Source: Anthoceros angustus (lineage: Eukaryota; Plantae; Anthocerotophyta). Taken from it: DNA of 64,000 bases. Below are positions 34,849 to 48,807 of the stretch, one piece after another. How positions within the stretch are numbered: the stretch's first letter is position 1; each line of letters starts with the position of its first letter. The notes below the pieces were generated by a model that was not told the origin of the DNA, made no database searches, and was given only the letters and a program-made list of their open reading frames with translations. The stretch spans positions 124,001 through 188,000 of the forward strand of contig MU008177.1 in NCBI GenBank assembly GCA_010909165.1, given 5' to 3'. Both the position numbers and the translations under genes were made by a program.

Positions 34849-36741
34849 ATGGCTATGGCGAGGACGAGGGCCTGCTGCACAGCAACGTTGTGCCTCGCGC
34901 TTGTGCTGGTCTCTTCTGCCCTCTCGGCAGCTCAGGTGCGTACGCACGCCCCTCCATTCACGCCTTCAGAAGCGATATATGGCTTTCTCTGTTTGTTCTT
35001 GCTGGGAGGAGATCTAGCCCGTGAGCTGCACCGGGGAGAGTCCGAATGTCGGGTTTGCTCGGCCTTGTGTATTATGAGATTTTGTGAGCCTGGTTTCTTG
35101 GCTGATGAAACGTTTTACGCTTCTGTGTTGTGGAAGCTGGCTTTGTGAGGCCATCTTTGTAGACGCTGCAGCAGTAGTTTGAGTGCTGAGTGGAGAGTAC
35201 TATTGCTATAAAACATGACCGAATTGCACGTAAACGATGGGAAAATTGTCACGCGGTTGAAGGATTGCACCGCATGATTTCACGTGTGGATCTGCTATGT
35301 CGCCTTGGATGTGCTGCGGCTTGTCACTCGAGGTGGCATTGCTGGAATGTTCTGTGTGACGTCGTCAGCTGATCTGATTCTTTCCTGTATTGCCGTGGGC
35401 GATGATGCCCTGTACATCTAAGCTCATGGATTTGCAATGGTTGTGCAGGCTAAGAGTAAGGAAAACTTGGAGGAGATTACCCACAAAGTCTTCTTTGACA
35501 TTGATATCGATGGCACCAGAGCTGGTGTGTTCTTTCCTCCGTCTCAGGCTGCAAGATGTTGTGTACTGAAGTTTAATTTAAGTGTGCTTGGCAATGTCGG
35601 TAACTTTGAATGAGGTTTGGGCTTTGCAGGGCGGGTGGAAATTGGGCTCTTTGGCAAAGCTGTCCCCAAGACAGTGGGTCTGTTCTGCACCCTTCACGTT
35701 TCAGTAACGAAAAAGTTTGTTTTTGTGCACTCCTCGTTTGATGTCGAGCAGCTGATGGTGATCGTGTTTGTGGTTCTTTCCCGTGCAGAAAATTTCCGTG
35801 CTCTGTGCACAGGTGCGAGTCACTGAATCCGTTAGAGTTTATACAAAAGGCTGTCATCCTATTCGACGTTGCTGATTCGGAATTATGCTGCTGCAGGTGA
35901 GAAAGGGAAAGGGTTGATGGGCAAGAACCTCCATTTCAAGGGGAGCGTGTTCCACCGAATTATTCCGAGTTTCATGATCCAAGGTGGTGACATAACACAT
36001 GGGAACGGCCGAGGTGGAGAGTCTATCTTCGGCGAGAAGTTTGCAGATGAGAACTTCAAGCTGAAGCATACTGGAGCAGGTATGATTCCTCGTCCTGACT
36101 CTGCCCTCTCCCAGGTTCTGCTGTCAGCTCGTGCTCATGTTGGACCCTGCCAATCCTGTGCAGGTATCCTGTCCATGGCAAACGCTGGACCCAACACCAA
36201 TGGATCGCAGTTCTTCATCACCACCGTCAAGACTAGCTGGTGAGTCAAGACTGCACCCGATCAACTCCCGGACAACCAGTCAGTCTCAGGGCCCGTCCGA
36301 AAGTAGGGGGAAGGGTCTTAGCGCAGTACGTAATCTGAGACGCTGTTGAGTCAGTCGAAGATGATCGTACTTTCCACTTGTACAGGTTAGATGGCCAACA
36401 TGTTGTCTTTGGGAAGGTGACGAGCGGTATGGATTTTGTTTACATGGCCGAGGGGGCCGGCAGTCTGAGTGGACACCCCAGAAAGACTGTCAAAATTGTT
36501 AAGTCCGGGGAGATCCCTCGCAGCAAGTGGAGACGTAACAGGCCTGGCCTGGTGTCGGTGTGAGTCGGTGACATCTCTGTTCTGTTGTCTGTCCGTTTGA
36601 AGGTTGGATGGCAGGCATGTGGTGTTCGGGAAGGTCATCGGCGGCATGGACGTTGTCTACAAAGTGGAGGCAGAGGGCACTCAAGGTGGAACTCCAAGAA
36701 AGACCATCTCCATCGCCGACAGCGGTGAACTACCTCTATAG
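34849..36741 (+). CDS. Secretory-pathway cyclophilin (PPIase) with two alternative last exons (stop at 36563 or 36741)
   Basis: Signal peptide exon; [61 protein letters not shown]. Last exon A (36386-36563) and last exon B (36603-36741) both begin LDGxHVVFGKV in the same phase. Confidence 0.93.
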
Positions 36742-37673
36742 AAAGGGCGATGAATTGTTTTTTATTCGGACCAACGTCTGTTTCGGGACGCAATGACTGT
36801 CCCAAAATGCTTCTCTTCATCCCGTAGAAATATTACTCAAAATGAAAGGATCCTCCTTGCCCAGTTGGCGGGATCTTGCCTGGCAGCTTTCGCTCCAAAT
36901 CGATGTCTTCCAAATCGACCTCCTACTCCAGGTGTGGACCATGGCGGAGAGGATTCAGCTTCGCGCCGCAACAGGACGTGCTTTAAATAGCAAGTGAACT
37001 CCATGAGCTTCTCGCCGCACCTGGTTCCGGCAGCCTGATCCGCGGAGCAACTGCTGCTACCATCGCTACTCCCGCCGTGGCGCCAGGCTCGTGAGGCTCA
37101 TGCAAGCCAAGCCTTTTCTCATTGCACCGATCCGCCTGTAGGGATCTGGAGGTGGGAACATTCTCCACAAGAGCCAGCACATTTGTGCAAAGCAGAGGAC
37201 GGTGTGGAACCGGGTTTGATGGAGAGGCCGCCTTGCCTTCTCCATCAATTCAGTGCTCTAGAGCCTCTTTGGAGGCGTGTCGTGACTTGGTAGGGCGGCC
37301 AGTGTGGAGCTCTTTGTGCGAGGAAGCACCGAAAACGGGCGCAGCTCCATGTCAGAACACAAATCTACCCGGCTTAGATGCTCGGCCACAGGTGGAGGAC
37401 ATTTTTGAGCTCAGGATGTTGCTGTATGGAATTTGTGCCAGATGGTTGATATTGATCTCTACGCATGAGCCGGAAGACTGGCAGCAGCGTTATGACGCTC
37501 GAATTCGATTCTTCTTCACAGGTCGGCGTCTTGCTATTTTTACCAGCAGAGACAGGAACAAGGCCAGGCTATGGTACTTGAGCAGTTGCAACACTTAGAA
37601 ATTGGTTCCAGGCTTTCGGGGAAAGTAGGAGGGGAAGCTGGTTCACAGCTTGCCGCGCTGACTGCAACCCCCG

Positions 37674-40600
37674 ATGCAGCTTTCCGCCATCGGGGCTTTG
37701 GCCCCTGTGGTGCTTCTATGTGGTTAGTACCTGGTTCTGAGTAATTATGCTCAAACGGCGCTACCAGTAGAACTGTTCGCAACGTTGCATCATTCACGCT
37801 CACTAGGTGGCATTGTATGCTAGAAAGTTTTTCGAGCAAGATAGTTGTGTCCGACGTTATGCATTAATTTCGTCTCTGATCTCCTGCCAGCCTCATTTTC
37901 GGGTTGGAGTTTGCTCTCATTTCTGTTTCTTCTGGCCTTTCTGGTTGTGCAATTCAAGTCCCAGCAAGGTATGTTGAAAGCTACGGTACTCTGCTTGGCA
38001 GCATCTTAGTGTTGTTGCGGTGCACTGGACGTTTTTGTATTATGATGTCTGTGTTGGCCACATATGCTTTGTGTGTTACTCAGGCCTGTATGCAAGGCCA
38101 AGACCCCTCCTTTGGATGTCAGTTGTGCTCCTGGCAACCGTTGTGATTGTTGCTGAAGGCATTATAGAGCTTGCGTGGGCTGTTTTTGGGGACACGTTGA
38201 GTTTTCTCGACTCCCCGTGGTTGAAGATCATTGGGTTTTCCAGGTGCGTGGGCGACCTCCTTCGGTTGTGATTTTTAAATTATGATATCACTTGTGCCCG
38301 GGAGAGCTCCTCAGCTAAAAAGTTCTCGTTACCTTGCACAAAAGTCATGGTTACTGCTTGCTACTTTGTAGGTTGAATCCGTGGGAGAGCAGCTCTGGCG
38401 TATTCCTGGCACTGTTTCCGCAGATTGCTGTAGCTGTGACAGCTGCATTTGCTCTTTACCATGAGCAGTACTTAAGCCATCATTCTCCTGATTCACGATG
38501 GGGTGAGTGCTTTTCGCCTATCGGTATAGATATCCAGGGATACTAGGCCTTCTCATTGTTACCCTGAATTTGCTGCATCGTCTCCCTGTGCCTTTCCCTG
38601 CCTACTCTAAAGAAAAGAGTGTCAGTTGAGCTCTGCTGAACCCAGCCTGAGGTTGGAGGTTGGATTTGTTAACTTCCCACCTTTCACTGTTCTTCTTGGT
38701 ACTGTTGGACATGCTAACGGTTCTCCCTTTGTCCAGCAGATGACAATGTTCTCTTATTCAAGACAACTTTGAGGAATTTCGTGCTCCCAGTGACTCTGGT
38801 TCTTGCTGGTGCTGTTCGACCGTCATGGATCTCACTCCCATATTTCATTTTCAGCTGTGTGGGGCTTCTGCACTGGTCTACTACCTGCACTGCTAATGGT
38901 CTTGCTTGGTACGTCGCTTGTATGTTGCAAACTGCTGCTCTTCTCACTTGAGATTGGATGTGCAAACTTGACTTTCTGAGATGGAAAGTGTAGGGGATGG
39001 ATGCCTGTGCTCTATTTCACGGGGATGCACATCATGCTTCTGTACCTCCATCAAGTCCCTCTACCTTTTCCAGACAGTATCTACGATGCTGAGGAGTATT
39101 TTGGCCTCTTTCGAGTTGCTGGCATGGGGTGGGCAGAGGGATTTCAAGTCTTCTCTCTGTTAGCGTTGTACATCGTGGTACACACTGCACTGCCTGTAAA
39201 TCATAGACTCGTGGAACTCACTTTGTTTGGAATGACAGTGTTTCTTAAATCATCATTGGTCTTACTTTGGTGATCATTTTGACCCCTGTTTCCTTGCTCC
39301 TGGCAGCTCTGTGTTGCTGTCAGTGACTTTCAAAGACCACGTCAACAACATTCAGCTGGTTCCCTCACTGACAGCCTGCTTCCAACGCAAATGCCAAACA
39401 TGCAGGGAGACCCAATGTAATGGTCAGATCTCAATTCCTGGAAGGTTTGCATGAACTGCTCTGGGTTCAAAGCTGTAGGTGCTTGGTCGTGCATGCCAGG
39501 GCCTGAGGTCTGAAGTGACTCTGTGTCTTCAGAGAGTGCATTAGTTGGTCAGGTCTTAGTTTTGGAGATGAAAGGGTTGCTGTGCTGTTTATTTGCTTTT
39601 AACCTCTGCTTGAGGATGCTAACTCTTATTGTCATGCAGACCGTCAAGACGTTGGGCAGTGGAGCAAAGAAGGCTAGCAGCATTTCATCATGCGACCATC
39701 AACTTTTTCACCTATGGGTTTCCTGTAGGCCTACCTTTATGTCCTCCCCTACTTCATTTGTATGTAATTTAGTACTTCGGACTGAATGGCCTGCCTGTCT
39801 CCAGATTTGTCTTGTGGCGCTGATATTTTGGAGCTTTGCTTATGCAAGCCTTTGTGCATTTGGGCTCCTCCTCTACGTGGGCTACATATTTTATGCCTTC
39901 CCATCAATCCATTGCCTGCGGCGGTTGAATCCTGTGTTACTGGGCTTCATTCTATGTTGGACTCTGTGTACATTTATCTTCAACGCAGCCTTTGACATTG
40001 TTCCTGATGTGGTAAGTTGCATGTTCCATCTGTGACCCTTTGTGGTCTTGCTCATAGAGTAAGTGTCTGATGCTGTTCTAGTTACAGACACTATCTGCTG
40101 GGTTGTTTGACTAGCCGGAATATCTTGTGAGCAGGGTACCAAAATTTGGAGTACTGTTGGGCTATGGCACTATTCTCATCCAGGACTATTTGTTCTCGCG
40201 CAATTTACACTAAGTGTGCTGATCGGAACTGACATTTTTGTTAGTAACAGCATCCTCAAGAACTTGAATGAGGCAGAAATTGCTCAAAATGATGACCCGG
40301 CAGCATTGGAAGAAGGTGAATACTTTGTGGTTTTTCATCTGCAAAGCATTTCAAAAAGGCTTATGCTATGTCACAAGGCCTGCCAATAAGTGTTCTGTAC
40401 AAAAAATCCATGTTTCAATTGTTCTCTCATTGACCAGTGCAAATGTTCTTTGTTTCAGACCGACAAGACATTACAGTACTGATTTTGGCTGTATTTGCAT
40501 GGTGTCTGCATAAAAGTGCTCACATAATCTCGCTGGTTCTCCTATTTGTTGTTGGGATGAAAAGTGGACTTCTTCATGCAATTTACAGTAAGTATCTGCT

Positions 40601-43600
40601 GACAGTTTGAACTCAGTTGATAACTGCATGTGAAGAATCCCTTTGTCATCTTGTACTAGAGAGCAGAAACTTGACAATTTTTCGTTTACCGCTTCGCTCA
40701 GCTTAGGTTTGTTTCTCATGGTATCTAATACAGTTTTGAAATTGTTGTGTCTGCAGTGATTTTCTTTATGATTTATCTGGTCAGCTCATCTGTGGTACGA
40801 AAAACCCGACAGCAGCTGATTTTCTTGTGCGAAATTCATTTTGCCATTCTTTATCTGCTCAAGCTGGAGTGGGTGTATAAAGCAGTTGAGAGCCAGGAGG
40901 TGTATTTGAAGCCTGTATTGTCACAACTTGGTAGGTCCACTACACGTGTCTCATAGTGTTTTCTTGGTCAAGATGGGATAAAACGCTCTTCATATGAACT
41001 TGTTTTAACTTGCGAATCATATCTAATTCTTGGCAGGTCTTTGGACTGAAGCCACGGTGGAAGACTTTGGCAGCATTGCTTTGTTATTAATCTTTACTGC
41101 AGTGCAGAATCATGGACTGAGAGTGTTGAGCTCGTTGTCGGCAACTGTTCAGCAGAGCCCTCAGTCCCCTCTTGGACTGGGCATCTTAAAGTACGGAAAT
41201 AGTGGTTCATTTCTCTTATATGTGTACGCAACACATAACGTTGGTGATTTACATCAAGAGAGTAATCATGGTAAGAGTTCATTTCTGTGTGTTGAGCACT
41301 GCATCATTGGTTAGGTGTGGGACCTAGTCATGGTCTAGTTCTGGTGCTTCATGTAGCTTTAAGTACAGTGTATATCCGAGAACCATGTCTGTGAACTAGC
41401 GACTTTGACACTCACTAATGTAAACTTTGTGATTGGCCGATCCAGTGCACTGGGTAACGAGACAGCTAGCAGCTATTGCAGAGACAGTGCGTGCAACGTA
41501 TCGGTCTATTGGGACTTACATTGTCTATGCAACAGTTCTGTTCGTGGTGTACAGCGTCAAACCAAATTACGTTGCATTTGGATATCTTTGCCTTCTGCTG
41601 TTTTGGATAATTGGTAGGCAATTTCGTGGGAGGACAGATGCTGCCCTTTGGCTTCCAATGATGCTGTTTGCGGGCGGTGTGTTTGTTCTCCGCTATGTAT
41701 TGACTGCCTTTCCAGATCTTCAAAAGTGGCTGTCACAATGGGTTGCGCTTTTGGAGGGGCTAGGCTTTGACCCAAATGCATCCCTGGTTGAGCACTTGTG
41801 GGATTCGTTGGCTATACTGTGTGTGATGCAATTGTACCGATATGAACGCATCCAGGAAGCCCTCCATCTGGAGGAACATGATGGGGTTGGTGACTATGTC
41901 AATCATGCCCATGGTTACATTGGGTTCTTGAAAAGGCTTCTGATTTTGCACAGTGGGAAGTTATTATCTATTGCAGTATTCTATGCCTCTATTACTCCTG
42001 TCAGTGCGACTGGGTTCTTGTACCTCATTATGCTATTGATCACTTGCAACATGTCAAAGAGTTCCCGAACCCCAGCACAATTGTTTGCTATCTATACTGG
42101 TTTGCTGATTGCCTGCGAGTACCTGTTTCAGATGTGGGGCAGTGAATTCGAAATGCTTCCTACTCAATCCCACGGGAAGTTTGCAGCTTGGCTAGGGTTC
42201 AATGCATATAAGAAGGGATTCTGGGGAATTGAGATGGGTTTGAGAAGCAAAGCTCTAGTATTGGTGGCCTGTATCATACAATATTGTACATTGGGCTGGC
42301 TGAATCACCTGCCAGACTCCCTGCGAGTTGATGAACCGTATGAGGAGCCATGTCTGCTATTCCTGCCCTATCCTCGAAGAGGTAAAATTGTCACCCAAGC
42401 ATCAGGATCTACTGAACCTTTGCTCAGAACTTTAGTTGATGGCAATGTGCATAAGTCTGAGTGCCGCCCAGAGCCTGCAACACCTGAACCAATGAGCCTA
42501 AACGTAGGAAGGAGTCACTTTGTATCTGTTGGAACTTCTGAGGTCAGCAAGAAGGAGTCAAGAAATGACTCAGCTGGGACTCCTAGCCGGTACTCTGTGA
42601 GCTCCCCATGGGGAAGCTCTAGAGATAGCCGCAAGTGGACCAAGAGGGCTATGCTTCTGCTTAAACAGGAGAGATATGAAGCACAGTGGAGGACCCTAAA
42701 AATATATCTCAAGCATGCCATTGAGCATTTTTGCCAGCTCTATGGTCTTGAGCTGACAATGCTTGTGCTGCTGGTTGCAAGTTTTGCGGTGCTGAACGTG
42801 ATTTCGCTGTGCTACGTGTTTCTACTGGGACTATGCATCATTCTGAAGCGACAAACGCTACGTGCAATCTGGCCATTCTTTGTTCTGTTTTTTGCCTGCA
42901 TATTGATCACAGAGTATGTGGTACTGGGAGGAGCCCCGCCAGCATGGAACATTCCCCCTTCTCTGGATGACACTAAGACTTGTGTTAATTGCTGGAAGAC
43001 GTGGCTAGGTATTGTTCTTCTCGAAGCTGTTTTCTGAACTTATCTTGTCTGATGACATCTCCATGGATTCTTAAGTTGGACAATTTCTGAATGAAGTTGA
43101 CGTGGCTTGTACTTGCAGGTCTGACAGTGGATGATCGACAAATGCTTGTCGCTCATTTCTTGGTTTTCATTGTCAGTTGCTTCCAGCTGCGAGCCAACCT
43201 GTCTGCAGGTGGTCTGGATATGAGATCAGTCCAGGCAACAGTCATCCCTGCAAGTGACAGACTAGCATGGAAAGAGATTTCCTATGAGACGACTGGGCAG
43301 TGGACATGGCTGGATCATCTCCGTTTCTTCTACTATCGGCATTTGCTTCACGTCGTACTTTTCCTGGTTTTTGTAACTGGGACCTTGCAGTATGATATTC
43401 TTCATTTAGGTTACCTGGCCTTTTCGCTAGTATTTTTTCGAATGAGGAGTACAATTATGGCAGAGCGGGACCGTATATTTCGCTTCTTGCGGATATATAA
43501 CTTTGTTCTTATTGTTGCATCACTAACCTACCAGGCACCATACTTTCCTGAAATTCATGAGAAGTGTACTATGCCGACTTGCTTGTATTACTTGGTGGGT

Positions 43601-46600
43601 TTTGTGAAGTATGATTATGGGCTGAAGGTTACTGCAAGGTCCGCTTTGGTGGATATCACCATTTTTTGCCTTGTGGGGCTTCAGGCTCATGTGTTTCGGT
43701 CACATGAATTTGAGCAAGTATTAAGATATCTTGAAGCCCAGCAAGTTGATGCAAGAGCTCATGCACATGAAGATAAGGCTGCATGGAAAAAAGAACAGCT
43801 TCAACGCATTCGTGAGACAGAGGAGCGGAACCAACGACGTCGAGCTCAAGTGGATAAAATCAAAACAGATATGCTTCATCTTCAAGTAAGACTGGACGTC
43901 TTAAACTCCGTTGGCAGATTTTCAGATGCCTCATCTCCAATGATTGAGCTTGCCGACCGCAAGCGACATGACCCTTCGTATCCATCAACTTCTGAACCAA
44001 TCAAACCTGATCTTAACACTCCGAGAGGTCTGGAGCGGATATCAGAGAGACAGTATTCAAGAGGGCAGGTGTATGATGGAGAATCTCCACCTTACAGGTC
44101 TCAGGGCGTTGAGCTCAACGAGGGGGACTTCCCTGTTATCAGGAAGAGAAGAATTGCTCGTATTCGCGAGGAAGAGAGTACGGATGACTTGCTCAGCACA
44201 GCCAAAATGGACCGAGCAAAGAGTGCTTTCACAGGTACACCTTTTAGTACAACCTCAGAACAACATGGTTCCAGCAATTCTGAAGTGGATGTCACCCCAA
44301 GAAGCCCTGCATTAACGAAATTGAGTAGCCCAAGGAGGAGAGAAGAGAATCACCAAAAGCAGGCCCTGCTGTCAGGTGTGCAATTGATTGGGGATGCTGT
44401 TGCCCAGATCCCTGCCTATGGGAGCAAGGGGATTGCAAATCTTGTGGATTATTTGAACCTTGAGACGATTGACTCTGACGAAACGTCCAGCTCATCAACT
44501 GAGGATGAAGGAAGATGTGACAAGCATGATAGACAGGAAATTCAGGCAGTCTCGAGCTTTGAGGAGGCGAAACTGTCTGATGGATCAGTACAAGCCAGAA
44601 CTGGTGCAACACCCAGCACATGGCACCGTCTCTTTGTATTGTGGTTGTACTTCTGGTCCCAGATAAACTTAAACACTGACGTCGTGTGCTACTTCTTCTT
44701 CGTGCTTGTGTATGTCTGGAATTTCAGCCTTCTGACCCTCGTATTCCCAGCTGCACTTTTCCTATATGCTTTGCTTGCCAATCCTGGTCCCAGTCAGTAT
44801 TTCTGGTTGGCCATGCTTATTTATACGGAACTGAACATCCTCGTTCAGTACTTTGTCCAGATATATGCCAACCACTTTGACGAACAGGTCATGCCGTTGT
44901 GGGTCCAGAAGCTGGGAATCTCAGCAACTAGGCAAAACTCTTTTGTAGTGAGTGTTTTTCCTCTTTTTCTGGTATATCTTGCAACTTTGATGCAAAGCTC
45001 CATCAAGGCAAGAGATGGTGAATGGATGGTGGTAAATGAAGATGGTGCCTTTGCCTCTGGAAGGCGCCTGCATGATCCAGGCCTGGAGCTGGAATATCCG
45101 GAAAGACTTTCGTTGTGGGAAAGACTTGCCAGTTGCTGGACAGGGGTGAGAGATTGGTTTTTTGCACTTGGTAGGGGTCTATTGCGATACTGGCAAGCTC
45201 TTATTCACGGATCAGAAGCTCCTCCACATTTTGTTCAAGTGTCCATGAACGTGAAGAAGTGGCCAGAATATGGTATTCAGCCCGAGCGAATTGAATCAGG
45301 TTTCAACAGGCTCTTGGCTGCTCTGCGGAAATTGGGAACAGATTTGAGTCTAGAAGAAGTGTCCTCGCACAAGAACTATGTAAGCAGAGTGCGTGTTGAA
45401 AGCATTGAAAGTAAGCCTGACAACCCAATGACAGCACTTGCTATCCTAGAGGTTATCTATGCTGCACCTCCAAAGGGTTCAACAGCTCCTGCTCACTACC
45501 AGTCACTGACCCCTGCAGCTGATGTTGCCTTTGAGTTACAGAGGGCTAAAGATGAAGGTTTAGAAGAAGAAACTGCCTTCCCACATGAAATCTTATCTGT
45601 TGTTGCTGGTGGCAAGCGAGAGGTTGATCTATATGCCTACATCTTCGGAACAGACTTGATCACGTTTCTCTATGTGGCTTTTTTTTACCAGTCTGCTGTA
45701 AAGAACAACCCGGAATTTTTCAATGTCTACCAGTCGGTTGATCAGTTTCCCAAGGAGTTTGTATTCGTGCTCATGGTTAGTATTTCCCAAGAAGTTCTCT
45801 TGATCTTGGAAGCTCAGACTACGTACCACAAGGTTCTCACTGCTTGTGGTTTTATTGTGGGTTGTGGATGCAGACTCTGTTTTTCATGATTGTGGTGGAC
45901 AGGGTTGTGTACCTCTGGTCTTTTGCACTGGGAAAGGTCATGTTCTACCTATTCAGCCTGGGGCTGTACACAATATATGTCACTGACTTTGTTTGGGGAA
46001 TTGACCCATCAGGAAATGATGACTGGTTCATGCCACTGCTTCCGTTGCGTGGCTTTTACCTGATGAAAGCTCTGTCATTGTCTTTTCAAGCCCTGCAAAT
46101 CAAGTATGGTTTACCACAGAAGAGCGCTCTGTATGGGCAATTCTTCACTCGGAGTATCAATCAGCTCAGCTGGTTTGGGTTCCGCGCTTACAGAGCATTG
46201 CCCTTCTTGTTTGAGCTACGATGTGTGCTGGATTGGTCATGTACAACCACAGCACTGACTATGTATGATTGGTTGAAGGTCTGTTGGTAACCTGTGAATT
46301 TTGCATTTGCTCCAGTATGCATGCAAACTACGTAACTGCTGACCGTCTAGAGCTTGTGACTTGGCTGCAGTTGGAGGACATCTATGCTAGTCTTTTCTTG
46401 GTGCAGTGTGACATAAAAATGGTTCGGCAACCACATTATTTGGGTCAAAAGCAGGGGATGAGGATCAAATTTTTAAGTGGTGTTTTGGTCTTCTCCTTCC
46501 TCATATGTGTGATATGGGCACCCATGCTGGTATGTCCTCTCAGGGTCCTGGATCTGTTGTCGTGGAACTGCCCTTTTCTCTGACTCTAATGATAGATTTG

Positions 46601-47761
46601 TCTGGTAGCTTGCTTGCCCTCAAACGCAGTGCGGCTGGATGTGCAGATTTACAGTAGTGGCAATCCCACCAATGGAGTGAATGCCATCTACGATACTCGT
46701 ATACATATTGAAGTGAGGACCACCGGAGGGAGGTTTACCCTCTATGAAACAGGCCTATGCCAAATACCATTTATGGAAGACGTGCTTCAAAGAGGATGGC
46801 AACCCTTTAGTAGCGATGCTCTTGTTGGCTATGAGATGCAAGATGTGCAGCTTATCTGCTGTGGTGCTGACTCTGATTTTCTTTGGGCTGTGCCTGCCCC
46901 ATCACTTAGAAACATGATAGAGAGCATAGATGATGAGTTTGAGCTTATCGCCTGGTGGGAGTTCACAAGAAACAGACCGAAGTCAAAGGAAATTGCAGTC
47001 TACTCATCACTGCTGTCGGACCCGCTTATGTTTTCAGATGAAGAGACAGTTACCGGCCTGAAAGAGACCCTGAAGGGGAATAGGAACTCCTTCTACATCA
47101 ACGCTACTTTTCCGAAGTACATGCGAATACCTGCCTCCGGTGAAGTTCATGATTTACTGGATGGTGTTATTTCGGAGACAATAAGTGGCAATCTTAGTCT
47201 TGTACATTCGGATGGTCATTCTTGGTGGTCATTCATCCGGAGTAATGTTAGTCAGGAGGATGGGTGTGGCAATATTCGAGGCCCATTAGCAATTGCAGTA
47301 TCTGAGGAGGTTCCAAGTAAGTTCCCGTTGTCATTGTCCCGCTGCGAGATGGGAACGGAGTCTGTGTGTTGACAAGATGCTTGTCTTGTGCAGCGGGTAT
47401 ATTTGGAGACACGCTGAGCCGATTCAGTATATGGAGCTTGTACATTACCTTTGTCCTAGCTGTTGGCCGCTTCATCAGACTTCAGTGTGCAGACATCAGA
47501 ATGAGGATCCCATACGAGAACTTTCCAGCATGTGATAGGTGACCACACCTTTTCCTACTCCCATCGAACATGTCTTGCATAAAGCTCCCGGCCCTGACTG
47601 AAGTTCCCTTGTCGCTCTTCTGCAGATTGGTTGCCATTTGCGAGGACATCTATGCAGCCCGAGCACAGGGCGAGCTGGCCTTAGAAGAGGGACTGTTCTG
47701 GACGCTGATCAATATTTACAGATCACCCCATGTCCTAATGGAGTATACAAAGGCTGACTAG
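37674..47761 (+). CDS. PIEZO1: PIEZO-type mechanosensitive ion channel, multi-exon
   Basis: N-terminus MQLSAIGALAPVVLLC|ASFSGWSLLSFLFLLAF; many TM exons; C-terminal Piezo motifs QTLFFMIVVDRVVYL, YRALPFLFELRCVLDWSCTTTAL, LEDIYASLFLVQCD, IYSSGNPTN, GLYITFVLAVGRFIR, AARAQGELALEEGLFWTLINIYRSPH. Start codon inferred by similarity. Confidence 0.95.
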
Positions 47762-48807
47762 AATCCGTGTGCAGGGCGCAGTAACCTGCTCGGTCTGCTG
47801 TCACAGGTAGCTCTCAGCCACCAAATCACGCGTTCTGCAGTGATTCTGTACCATGTATTTCAACGCCATCCATTGTTGTATGCGCATCCCTTTGTCTATA
47901 TTGCTTGGAATTCTGACCCTCGTCCCTGCATTCGCTTGGGTGACGCGGACGTGGAGTAGCCTCAACCCAACTACCCCCCCCCAACTTGCCTACCGTCAAG
48001 CTGTACCTGGTCCGCGTCATAAGTAAAGAACGTGTCTTTGTTCGGCAACCCCCGGGAATAACAGGTGTGGTCACATCGTCCCTCAGATTCCCGGACACCG
48101 CACATGGAGTGTCTCCGTACTTGACTAAATTCCGTGCCACCGTATGTCCTATTAATTCATTTCGCTTGAGTTAGATCGACAAACAAACGGAAACGGGGCC
48201 CACCCACCGAGAAACTGCAAATCGACAGTCTATACATGCATGTACGACTGCATCACGTTGTGCTGTTGTCTGTCCCCCTTGTATCAGAAGCAGCGGCCTG
48301 CGATACCGAGCCCGCACCAACCAGAGTCTCCTAGTCGGGTACACCACGAACTCTTCTTGTGTTTTCTCACTCCTCTACAAGCCTTCCTGGTGTCTTCTCA
48401 TTGCATCGATTGCATTCCTCTGCCCTTCCACTTGCCTCCAATCCCTCACACCCAGCTGCAGAAACGTGAACCCCGCCAAACGCAGCCGGCGGTCTCCTGA
48501 CTCATTTGACTGCTTTCAGACCTGGTCTGGATGTGTTGCAAATTGCTGACGCCACTCCCCTCTGCCATTGCCTTGCTCTCTCTCTCTCTCTCTCCTGGAA
48601 GAAAACAACTTTTCCCCCGTGTCATTACAGATGTGCATCCGTCATTCTGGGTCCTGCAAGTGACTGGCATGCTGCGTGAAGCTCGCTCACAGCTGTCTAG
48701 AATTGTATGACCGTTGCAGTGCCATGTCATTTCCAGTGCTAAGCAATGTGACCTTGTTTGATGTTTGATGCAGCTCACGAACGAGAGAGGCCCTGGCCAG
48801 CAGAATT

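Noticed and set aside
36560-36602. Splicing of cyclophilin exon A to exon B through GTGAGT overlapping exon A's stop
   Set aside because: The intron would be only 43 nt, far below the local norm, and would duplicate the C-terminal strands. Alternative terminal exons are more plausible.
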